IMG/VR virus record: IMGVR_UViG_3300025703_000002
Span: 3,841 to 67,840 of that record
DNA from: a virus
Reading direction: 5' to 3' (one strand)
DNA: 64,000 nt
Shown: positions 55,997 through 64,000 of the stretch, in pieces
Layout of the letters: the number at the start of each line of letters is the position of its first letter
How positions within the stretch are numbered: the stretch's first letter is position 1
Position numbers and translations under genes: made by a program
Notes under the pieces: model-generated
Told to the model about the DNA's origin: nothing
Seen by the model: the letters and a program-made list of their open reading frames with translations, nothing else
Databases searched by the model: none

Positions 55997-56286
55997 TTGG
56001 ACTCCAACGGTCCCGAGATAGCAGGTGTCGGAGAACTCTCCGGGACAACCTTGACGCCATTCTTAGCTTTGTTAACAGCCTCGATTTGCTTTGAAGGTGA
56101 GTGCTCCCTTGCTTTATACCAGGTCAAGATTGCAGCTCCTCCCCCCAAGACAAAAGTTACAAGATCATTAGCAATTACTGATTGGTCCTCTGAAGGAATT
56201 AATCCCCGATTAGCCGCCCAGACAGCAGCAGAGGTAAATGATGCGAGAAGAACTGAGGTTAGAAGACTTTTTAGTTGAGGGTCCAT
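55993..56286 (-). CDS. Putative holin
   Basis: Two TM segments; near endolysin. Confidence 0.55.
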   Translation of the reverse strand: MDPQLKSLLTSVLLASFTSAAVWAANRGLIPSEDQSVIANDLVTFVLGGGAAILTWYKAREHSPSKQIEAVNKAKNGVKVVPESSPTPAISGPLESK

Positions 56287-56302
56287 TTGATTTCCTTTCA
56301 GT

Positions 56303-56713
56303 TTAAGTTCCCCACGGGCCAGATAGACAGTAGACATTCACCCCTGCGTAGGAGACCCATGCTATTGCGTTTCCGTCTGGATCGAGGTTAACCGGTACGA
56401 TTGATTCAGGGTTTGCGTGGAGCACTTGTCCGACAGAGAGTTCTGTTCTCCCCCGAGGATTTGTAACCTTCAGGGCAATTCCAGACCCGTCCTCTCCGAG
56501 GATATCGACGTTAATTGCGTCTCCGAGACCGCAACACGACATCCCACCTCTTGAGTGCTGTGTCCCAAGCCAGTCTCGTTCGTATTGTGGGGCGTCTGAC
56601 CAGGCTCCAGACTTAACCTCCTGGGCGTGTGCAGGTTCCCATCTCAGGGCCCATACGAGACAACAGAAGAGGATTATGAGTCCAGACATCCATGTAAAAT
56701 ACTTTAGAGTCAT
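56303..56713 (-). CDS. Secreted/membrane-anchored Cys-containing protein
   Basis: N-terminal signal; W...Q..G.SCCG..D and YC motifs. Confidence 0.6.
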   Translation of the reverse strand: MTLKYFTWMSGLIILFCCLVWALRWEPAHAQEVKSGAWSDAPQYERDWLGTQHSRGGMSCCGLGDAINVDILGEDGSGIALKVTNPRGRTELSVGQVLHANPESIVPVNLDPDGNAIAWVSYAGVNVYCLSGPWGT

Positions 56714-57177
56714 TGCGAAGCCATTTTAAGTGAAACCTGTAGAATTGAGTTCTCTCGATTAAACCATCCCTTCCCAAAGATTCGGAAGATCTTTAGAGAC
56801 CTCCAGAAGCCTCTGCGAAGAGCGTCAAGAGCTTTGATCCTCGGAATCGGTTCTAGACCGGCTGTCCTTAGAGCCCAGAGGTGTTCTCGACCATCCCCGG
56901 AATTAACCGCGATATCGAATAGGATCATATCGACACCTTTTGGAAGAGAGTCCCCACCGATTGGATTCCAATACAACTTCCGGTAGATCTCGAGAAGTTG
57001 GACCCTAGAGATATTTCGAAGTTCAGCTTGACTCGCGGGACGCCCCAGGAATTGGCCGAAGACTTGAAGAGTCACCCCTGACATCGTCGCTCCTCCGGGG
57101 TCTCTCGGATTATTGGACCAACCTCCTTCGAACTTTAGCGTTTCCGAGAGGCAGTTTGTAAAGTTATCAACGGCCAT
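56710..57177 (-). CDS. Endolysin, glycoside hydrolase family 108
   Basis: EGGWSNNPRDPGGAT..GVT, IY...YW, FD.AVNSG, FGKGW..R. Confidence 0.92.
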   Translation of the reverse strand: MAVDNFTNCLSETLKFEGGWSNNPRDPGGATMSGVTLQVFGQFLGRPASQAELRNISRVQLLEIYRKLYWNPIGGDSLPKGVDMILFDIAVNSGDGREHLWALRTAGLEPIPRIKALDALRRGFWRSLKIFRIFGKGWFNRENSILQVSLKMASQ

Positions 57178-57190
57178 CTTCTACTCCTCA

Positions 57191-59767
57191 TTAACACGAC
57201 GTGACTACACCGTTGGTAACGACAATCGTTACACCACATGTCTTGCTCACCGACGACGCGACAAAGGCCGGGTTCCCGAGCACCCCGCCAGGACCGCTCG
57301 ACGTTATCGCGGACCCCGCCCCGATCGAAGTTCCCGATGCCGTTATGTCAGCCATGCTAACGTTAGCGATGCTAAAGCGAAGGTTTGTCTGAGCGTTAAC
57401 AAACGTGTTTCCGCCGTCGCCGTATACCGCGAAGTTGGTGCCGGTCAGCGCAGCAAATGCGAGAGTCGAACCAGTTCCCAGGTTTAGATTGCCGGTATCG
57501 AACCACGTCGTTCCGTCACCATATAGTGACACGCGCAAAGAGCCCGCATCATTGAACGCATCGATCGCGTAATCGTGCGGGAGCATTATCGCATCGTAAA
57601 GATTCGTCGTTGAGTTTAGACGAAGCCCCCCAACAGCGAAGTTCAATCCCGCCTTCCACTGCGATCCATGAACAGTGACTGTCTGCGTTCCCGATTGCGT
57701 TCCAGTCGTCACGATCGGCGGCGAGTCCCATTTCGCACTCTGCACTCCGAATTGCGATCCTGAGAGTGAGATGGCTGAACCACCGGATGTTGCTGAGACT
57801 TTGAACGTCGAGCCGCTGGAACTAACGACGAAATAACCCGTCCCCGCGGTTACACCTGTCGGCAAAAAACCATGCGTCGAAAGGACGACGCTGTCACCAT
57901 TGGCCGGCGCGCTGCCGCCTGAGACGAGCGTGAAAACGCCGGTCCCGATGTTGATGGTAACATTGTCGCCGTTTTGCGTGGTGGCCAACTCGAACGTCTG
58001 ACCACTCGGATACGCAGAGCCGACGACGTAATATTTTGTAGCCGCTGAAAGGCCAGTCGGCAACGCGCCACTCGTCGATAAAATGACCGACTGCCCGTTG
58101 ACCGGCGCAACGGTAGCGGCGGTCGTGAGAACTCCAGGTGACGCGACGGTGATCGTCACCGTGTTGGCGATGTCGGGTTGCCCGAGAACGGTGAGCGCTG
58201 TCGTCGAGTCCGCCGATTGAATTGGCGTTTTCGTCCCGCCTGGAAACGCCCAGACACCCATGCAGACAGTCCCCGATCCCGCTCCAAAATAGTTGACGGG
58301 GTCAGGTATGCGGGAATCCGTCAGAGACGGCGTCGTGCTCTGGCAGTCGGTTTCCAGGGCTGTCGTAAAAACGTCGTTCCACGCCGCGCGACCTTCAAGA
58401 TATCCCCCATATGCTGAGGGAAGGATTGCCCCGCCAGCAGTCCAATCGTTTTCGCCGAGACCATAAAACCCTGCGGTTTGCTCGGCCGCTCCGGCCGCAA
58501 GCAACGAGGGCGGAATTGCCGCGCTATCGGTGTATGCAAGGTATCCCTGGAAGCCCGAGATATTGGCCGAGGCATTCGAGCAAAATCCGCACCCTCCAAT
58601 CGCGTCAGTTAGAGCGAGCACATTAGAAATTGTTTGTTGCTGCGTGTTCGTATTGCCGGAATTTGGCTGGAATGTGTCTACCGTTACGCCGCTCGATGTG
58701 CCGGAGCTAACGAGCAGAGGGTCTGCCGTCGCGACCACACCGCTGCCAAGATTTGCATAAATTTGATTTGTCGATAGGCCACCAAGGCCCGCGACCCCAA
58801 GCGATCCATTGGCGACATGGGAAAGGTTGCTAACGGTGGGGCTTAGAAGCGTACCGCCGAGATCGCCGCTGACCGTTGCGCCGACGCCGACAAGCCCACC
58901 ACTACCGTTCAGTGTATTGCCGAGGGCGGTTTCGACGTTAGTACCGAGGCCGGTGATGCCAGAGAGCGGTGCGGCGATCGTATTTGTCCCAGCCGCCGTC
59001 ACGAGCCCTTTCGCGTTGACCGTGAAGTTCGGAATCGCCGAAGTCGATCCAAAAGAACCGACGTTAGAATTGACGGTAGCGAATGTCAGAGCAACTGACC
59101 CTGGACCCGAAGCCGTCGCATCACCAGTCAGAGCCGTAATATAACTTCCAGCAGCCTGCTTTCCGTTAAAAGTGTTCCAGTCAGTCGAGGAGAGATACCC
59201 AGACTGTGACGTCCCCGACTGTTTGACTTGAAGGGACGTTCCAGTTCCGATGACGGCTCCAGTTCCCCCAGTGATCGTCAAAATAGAAGACGTTGCTTCG
59301 GTCAGATCTCCGACTACAGGGGGAGACGCGGTGATCGTGTATGGGCCACCACCCAGAACCATCGGGACAGTATTTAATGTCCATCCTGTATGCACAAGGT
59401 CGGCATTAGTGACAAGACCCGTCGCGGTAAACGATCCGGTAACAATCGCCCCAGGGTAAGTTAATCCACTCGAAAAAGTCGTGCCAGATCCGATATTAAA
59501 ACCAGTCGTTGTCGAACCCACCGAAAGCGCTGAGACACCCGTCAAGCCTAGGGCTGTCGTGACATTAGGAGACAACGTCATAGCGCCCCCGGTAGGGGCT
59601 ACTGTAAAGACTGTCTGAAAGATATTAGCGTTATCGAAGACTCCGACATTCCACGGAGAGACAGTCTTCACCGAGCCCCACTGGATTGCCGTAGGAACCT
59701 GGGCAGAGACCAATGAAGGTGCCGCCAGGAAGAGGAATCCAACGAGACTCTTCAGGAAATTCTTCAT
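57191..59767 (-). CDS. Tail fibre-like protein with N-terminal signal peptide
   Basis: GYLSSTDWNTFNGKQ, LTGD.T, TVNAKGLVTAA fibre motifs; two ST.G.LPTG....YYVV repeats; leader MKNFLKSLVGFLFLAAPSLVSA. Confidence 0.7.
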   Translation of the reverse strand: MKNFLKSLVGFLFLAAPSLVSAQVPTAIQWGSVKTVSPWNVGVFDNANIFQTVFTVAPTGGAMTLSPNVTTALGLTGVSALSVGSTTTGFNIGSGTTFSSGLTYPGAIVTGSFTATGLVTNADLVHTGWTLNTVPMVLGGGPYTITASPPVVGDLTEATSSILTITGGTGAVIGTGTSLQVKQSGTSQSGYLSSTDWNTFNGKQAAGSYITALTGDATASGPGSVALTFATVNSNVGSFGSTSAIPNFTVNAKGLVTAAGTNTIAAPLSGITGLGTNVETALGNTLNGSGGLVGVGATVSGDLGGTLLSPTVSNLSHVANGSLGVAGLGGLSTNQIYANLGSGVVATADPLLVSSGTSSGVTVDTFQPNSGNTNTQQQTISNVLALTDAIGGCGFCSNASANISGFQGYLAYTDSAAIPPSLLAAGAAEQTAGFYGLGENDWTAGGAILPSAYGGYLEGRAAWNDVFTTALETDCQSTTPSLTDSRIPDPVNYFGAGSGTVCMGVWAFPGGTKTPIQSADSTTALTVLGQPDIANTVTITVASPGVLTTAATVAPVNGQSVILSTSGALPTGLSAATKYYVVGSAYPSGQTFELATTQNGDNVTINIGTGVFTLVSGGSAPANGDSVVLSTHGFLPTGVTAGTGYFVVSSSGSTFKVSATSGGSAISLSGSQFGVQSAKWDSPPIVTTGTQSGTQTVTVHGSQWKAGLNFAVGGLRLNSTTNLYDAIMLPHDYAIDAFNDAGSLRVSLYGDGTTWFDTGNLNLGTGSTLAFAALTGTNFAVYGDGGNTFVNAQTNLRFSIANVSMADITASGTSIGAGSAITSSGPGGVLGNPAFVASSVSKTCGVTIVVTNGVVTSC

Positions 59768-59774
59768 TCGATCC

Positions 59775-60737
59775 TCAAAACTTTATGATGTAATTAACAG
59801 CAGCAGTTGGCTGGACATTCGAGTGAGACCCCCCACCAGCGTTATCTGTTATCGCCGCGTGCCCTGTCCCGATGGAAATACTGGCGTATCCAGTAGCCGT
59901 TGAAATTGAAGTAGCAATTCCGACGTCGAATCCTCCAGCGAGTACGACAGAACTCCCGGTTGTAAGAAAAGCGGTGGCTCCGCCACCTGCTCCGTGGTTA
60001 TGGCCAGAATCTGATGCAGTGTGGGTATGCCCAGAGTCCGTATATGCCAGCGTAGGAACTTCTGCGGCCGTTAACGTTACTGCCTGGATTCCTCCGGTAG
60101 TTCCTAAAGAATACCCGGTTAGAACTCCAGCAGGAGTTCCCCCCATATCGTCGGCACCAGCGAGGACTCGACCCCGAAGATCGGGAAGAGTGAAGTTACC
60201 GCCTGAGGCAGGTCCCCACGTCGTTCCGATGGCGGAGTATAAGGCTGCATACGTCGTGGTTGAGACACTCTGACCGTAACACAGAAGGTATCCTGTAGGA
60301 ACAGTGGCGCCACCAAAGGGTTCAAGAGTCCCAGCGGGGGAAGAGCCAAACTCGTCATAGTAAGCCGTAGAGGCGGTCAAAAGGACCGGAACCTGTTGAG
60401 ACCTAAATGCAAGAACTCCAGTATCCCCAGAACCATTCTTGATTGTGACAGTGAACGCGCCAGTCGTTTGATTCCATATAATCCTTCGTCCACCAATTGT
60501 CCCCGGAAAGATCAGATTGACGTTCCCTGTCAGTGTTCCGGTCAGAATAAACATAAAGAAGGCAGATTGGGCGACTGTTAGAGTCACGTCGGTATTCGTC
60601 AGAGACACCGTAGATGTCGTTCCGGATGCCTGGTCTATCAAGGCCCAGTCGGCGTTAACAGGTACGTTCCAGTCTCCGGCATAGTCACCAAGTCCAGGCT
60701 GTTCGATATGGAGATTCGTTGTAAAAAGGCTAGACAT
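59775..60737 (-). CDS. Tail fibre protein with tail-collar domain
   Basis: G...PFGG..P.GYLLC.GQ.VS..Y..LY.AIGTTW..F.LPDLRGR; H.NVQP..NYIIK. Confidence 0.88.
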   Translation of the reverse strand: MSSLFTTNLHIEQPGLGDYAGDWNVPVNADWALIDQASGTTSTVSLTNTDVTLTVAQSAFFMFILTGTLTGNVNLIFPGTIGGRRIIWNQTTGAFTVTIKNGSGDTGVLAFRSQQVPVLLTASTAYYDEFGSSPAGTLEPFGGATVPTGYLLCYGQSVSTTTYAALYSAIGTTWGPASGGNFTLPDLRGRVLAGADDMGGTPAGVLTGYSLGTTGGIQAVTLTAAEVPTLAYTDSGHTHTASDSGHNHGAGGGATAFLTTGSSVVLAGGFDVGIATSISTATGYASISIGTGHAAITDNAGGGSHSNVQPTAAVNYIIKF

Positions 60738-63652
60738 CAGGTCGCTTTCTTCTTCAGAGGCTCTTTAGTCTTCCCGGATTCAAGCCATTCCTTGAATTTA
60801 TCAGGGGTCATTTCAGTCACACCTTGGATTCTCTTCTGGCCTTTGTCGTCAGAGAATCCATTGATGTATCCACCGATTGCAGCCTCACGGTTCTTAAACC
60901 CGAGCATACACTTGTGCTCATCGAATTTATTCGTCTTAAGATCTCTCTGGTCGATCACGAAGACCTTGTTAGACTCGTCATCTGGTCCAAGGTAGCAATC
61001 AACATGATCTGAGTCTGCACCAGTTGTTCCCCGAATATACCCGTAATGGTGCGGAATTTTAACCTGCCACTTCTTCCCGTTGTTTCCTACACCAGATCGA
61101 TAAGAACCCTTTAGGTTCTCGATAGAGACATCTAATCCATGTATTCTGGTGTGGTATTTCTTGTAGTTTCCAACAGCTTTCTGGGCTTCGGTGGGATTTA
61201 AGTCTACTTGAACTCTACCGCCCTTCGCAAAGCCATTCTGAGAGCCTGGATTGCCGGGATTTTTCTGCTGGCCTTCTGGCCCTGGAACCTGATTCTGGTT
61301 CTGGGAACCTGGAGGATTCGCGTAGCCTACGCCCGGTCCCTGGAGCCCCAAGAGGACACTCTTGAGCGACACCCCTAGAGGTGCCAGAGCATTTGCTAGT
61401 CGTCCCGACGTGTGGATCAGTGCGCGTCTTGTCTGGGGGAGGTAAGAATTACTCGCCTTAGCAGCCGCTGTTTCCCACTGTTGGATAGCCCTAGTCGTCG
61501 TCGGCATCATCCTCTTGATCTTATTGGCCTGGAGAATTTCATTCATCTTTCCAGCACCCTTTACCGATGCCGCCCCGGCAGCTTCGCGGATAACCTCAGG
61601 GAGAAATGTAAAGAAGTGCTGGCCTAAAGCCGCACCGACAAATGAAGCAACATTACCTGTTATTGCGTGAATAACCCGGTTAACGAATGGCGACGTTACC
61701 GAAGAGTTGCGTGTTCCTTCCTTAGGAATTAAACTCTTCCTCATATCCCCGTAAGATTGAATCAGACTCTTCTGGGCAGGAGAGTACAGCGTGTTTGACA
61801 TCTCCTTACCGTCACGGTTCAAGAACTTATCAATATTGTCGTAGACTTTCTTATGGCCCCAAGGAGTTCCGCCGGATTCTCCAGTGAGTCTTGAGAACTG
61901 TCCCTGACGGATGGCCGACATCTCAGGAGAATCTGCCCCAAAGATTCCTTGAAGATGCTGGGTAAGATCAACATTATTTGATGCCGGATTAGTTCCCGAA
62001 GCTCCGAACATTTTATCTGCGACGTCATTGCCAGTTAAAGGCATTCGATTCTCTGTCCCGAGAATCTGTTGGATAGTCCGGCCTACTGGGTCATTCGTAC
62101 CCACACCGAAGGTTTGCTGATGGGCCGCATTTGCGGCTCTTGCCGTATTCCAGGCTTGAAGAGATTCGTCTGGACCAGTAAATCCACCGTTGTCTGCAAG
62201 ATTCGCAAAATGGTTATCAAAGGCATCAACAACAGCAGAAGCAGCCGTGCCATCTGTCGGGGAATTCCTCCAAGCGGTGTTACGGTAAAGACCAAGATTC
62301 CTACGAATTTGGTCGAGGGTTGCGAGTGGGACATCTTTGTGGGTAACAGTAGATTCTGTACCTTCAGGAGACCCTTCTGGTGGTGGGGTTATCTCTGGTT
62401 GTAGCTCAGGGACCTCCCGAAGATACCCTAAAGCTGCATTAGTTCCTGGGGTAAGGCCACCTGGAGCCGGATCGTAGACTACACCGGGTTGATTTTTGAT
62501 TACAGATCGGACTGAACTGGCAACCGTCGGGTTGTTCTTACCGTCAAAGTCTTCTGTATTGAATGCGCCAGGAGCAGCCCTTGCAGCGGTATACTTCGCA
62601 TCGATATTATCTTCTGATGCTTTATTAAGAACTTGGAGTCTCTGGGAGGCTAGATTACCCGCCTCATGGGCGAAGTCTATCGTGGGTTCTCCGGTCGGAT
62701 CAAGAGATCCTTGAACCTGATTTGTAGCAGCAGATACCTGTGCAGCCTTTTGCTCATCAGACGCTAGGGCAGCCTTTCGAGCACCTTCCCCCATATCCCC
62801 CTGTCGCGCAGCCTGCTCAGTCTGAAGATCCCCCGTATCTCCTGTAATATCTCCTTTTGTGCGAACGACCCCAAAGTCCCCGACAGGAGACGCTGGGACA
62901 CCGGGAACCGGGGGGGACTGCGGAACAGGTCCTCTAGGGGGATTACTCGGAGAATACGGACTTCCTGAGGGGGTGTTAAAAGCCCCCTCTGCAACTGCTT
63001 TCCGCCCTGGAGCAATCGCTGACATCAGGATGTCCGCCTCGTCTTTACCTTGCTGATAATTCTGGGCGAGTCCTGTGGCGGCGAGAGTATGCCCAGTGAC
63101 AGATCGATTTATGCCAGTAATAGGTGAGGTAATTGCTCCCGGAATCGACAGGAGACCTTCTCCAGTTCCGAGAGTCTGCTCAGCCTCCTGACCCATACCC
63201 CCAAAGAATGAGGGATTACCCGGACCTTTGGCTAATGCGGCATTCGCGGCCTGTCGTTCAGGAGAAATAGGGTTAAGAGATTTAATCCCCTGCCATGCTC
63301 CCGAGGCTGCTGAGCCGATCTCCGACGGGATATCCGCAACAGCGGCCCAGGCAGGATTTCTAGTATCTTCTGGAGGAACCGTAGGGGCCGAAGCAGAGAC
63401 AACGTTCTGGGGCTTCTGGCCCTGGATGTCGCCCCAAAGATCCCCTAGAGCACTAAAGTTAGGGCCAGGACGATACGTCTCTCCAGAGGAGAGTCCAGGT
63501 CCTGCTCCGGTTCCAGACGTAGTTGAACCCCCCGTGGCAGGAGACGCAGAGATCCCAAGATCACTGTCTGACATCAACGAGGCATCAGAGGACTGGGCGG
63601 GAGCGGGAGAACCGAGTCCAACATCGTCGTCTGAAAGAAGTGTGTCTGCCAT
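60737..63652 (-). CDS. DNA ejection/internal virion protein with C-terminal inorganic-pyrophosphatase-like domain
   Basis: Likely start MADTLL; C-terminus PTEAQK..GNYKK..IEN..GS.RSG..HYGYI.GT.GAD.DH.D..FDEHK.MLGF. Confidence 0.8.
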   Translation of the reverse strand: MADTLLSDDDVGLGSPAPAQSSDASLMSDSDLGISASPATGGSTTSGTGAGPGLSSGETYRPGPNFSALGDLWGDIQGQKPQNVVSASAPTVPPEDTRNPAWAAVADIPSEIGSAASGAWQGIKSLNPISPERQAANAALAKGPGNPSFFGGMGQEAEQTLGTGEGLLSIPGAITSPITGINRSVTGHTLAATGLAQNYQQGKDEADILMSAIAPGRKAVAEGAFNTPSGSPYSPSNPPRGPVPQSPPVPGVPASPVGDFGVVRTKGDITGDTGDLQTEQAARQGDMGEGARKAALASDEQKAAQVSAATNQVQGSLDPTGEPTIDFAHEAGNLASQRLQVLNKASEDNIDAKYTAARAAPGAFNTEDFDGKNNPTVASSVRSVIKNQPGVVYDPAPGGLTPGTNAALGYLREVPELQPEITPPPEGSPEGTESTVTHKDVPLATLDQIRRNLGLYRNTAWRNSPTDGTAASAVVDAFDNHFANLADNGGFTGPDESLQAWNTARAANAAHQQTFGVGTNDPVGRTIQQILGTENRMPLTGNDVADKMFGASGTNPASNNVDLTQHLQGIFGADSPEMSAIRQGQFSRLTGESGGTPWGHKKVYDNIDKFLNRDGKEMSNTLYSPAQKSLIQSYGDMRKSLIPKEGTRNSSVTSPFVNRVIHAITGNVASFVGAALGQHFFTFLPEVIREAAGAASVKGAGKMNEILQANKIKRMMPTTTRAIQQWETAAAKASNSYLPQTRRALIHTSGRLANALAPLGVSLKSVLLGLQGPGVGYANPPGSQNQNQVPGPEGQQKNPGNPGSQNGFAKGGRVQVDLNPTEAQKAVGNYKKYHTRIHGLDVSIENLKGSYRSGVGNNGKKWQVKIPHHYGYIRGTTGADSDHVDCYLGPDDESNKVFVIDQRDLKTNKFDEHKCMLGFKNREAAIGGYINGFSDDKGQKRIQGVTEMTPDKFKEWLESGKTKEPLKKKAT

Positions 63653-64000
63653 TATTGGGGACTTGGAGTTAATTGCCAGCCGGTTCCACGCCACACAGCA
63701 GGACCTTTAGGCGTCATATAGGATTGTCCGGTGACGCGTTCAGACGCTGCCGGGACATTCTGACCAGCGTAGGTTGAATTCTTATTCTCCTGTCGAACAA
63801 ATTGTGACACGGGGTGTTCTTTCATCCAGGGGATTTCAAACGAAGACGTATCATAGGCGTTAGGATTTTGCTTTTTCCAGTCAAAGTAGTCCTGGGTGTG
63901 CTTGTCTTCGTAGTCAAGAATTCCAAGACCTTGTGAAAGAATCGCAGCAACGGCGTCAGGTTGGAGATCGGGAGCGGCATTAGCCTTAGAAAGTCCCTGA
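63652..64000 (-). CDS. Partial CDS (C-terminus), probable ejection protein
   Basis: Open frame to the window edge ending ..YMTPKGPAVWRGTGWQLTPSPQ; TAATG overlap with next gene. Confidence 0.6.
   Translation of the reverse strand, partial: QGLSKANAAPDLQPDAVAAILSQGLGILDYEDKHTQDYFDWKKQNPNAYDTSSFEIPWMKEHPVSQFVRQENKNSTYAGQNVPAASERVTGQSYMTPKGPAVWRGTGWQLTPSPQ

Noticed and set aside
156-63710. Numerous antisense or alternate-frame ORFs in the track (e.g. 5370-5924+, 10680-11321+, 38366-38773-, 63228-63710+)
   Set aside because: They shadow well-supported genes and lack RBSs or motifs.
1-64000. Alternative genetic code or prophage state
   Set aside because: Core genes are intact under the standard code with all three stops used; no integrase, repressor or host flanks seen.

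Overview
This window is most of the genome of a podovirus-type dsDNA phage, probably infecting an alphaproteobacterium (inferred from GAAC-N7-GAAC LexA-type boxes, CTTGAC-type sigma70 promoters and Rhizobiales-like secreted proteins). The minus strand at 1-23.7 kb holds the late/virion module: terminases (TerL with a LAGLIDADG intein), portal, GroES, scaffold, major capsid, adaptors, tail tube and fibre-like proteins. The plus strand at 24.5-55 kb holds early genes, a phiEco32-type amidotransferase/amidoligase/ATP-grasp cluster, T7-like primase-helicase, PolA, SSB, nucleases, two adenine methyltransferases and nucleotide enzymes. The minus strand at 55-64 kb holds lysis genes, tail fibres and ejection proteins. 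I saw no RNA polymerase, integrase, DNA ligase or canonical tRNA. The most unusual signals are non-coding: a ~118-nt tRNA-like element with three T-arms and no anticodon arm, a ~680-nt densely structured intergenic RNA, and two cloverleaf-like elements behind the late promoter. Also notable are fibre-like virion proteins with Sec signal peptides and paired cysteines, a shared (K/R)xxGGxV tag on many virion proteins, and LexA-type boxes near the putative genome end. All calls come from manual motif reading; no searches or folding programs were run.
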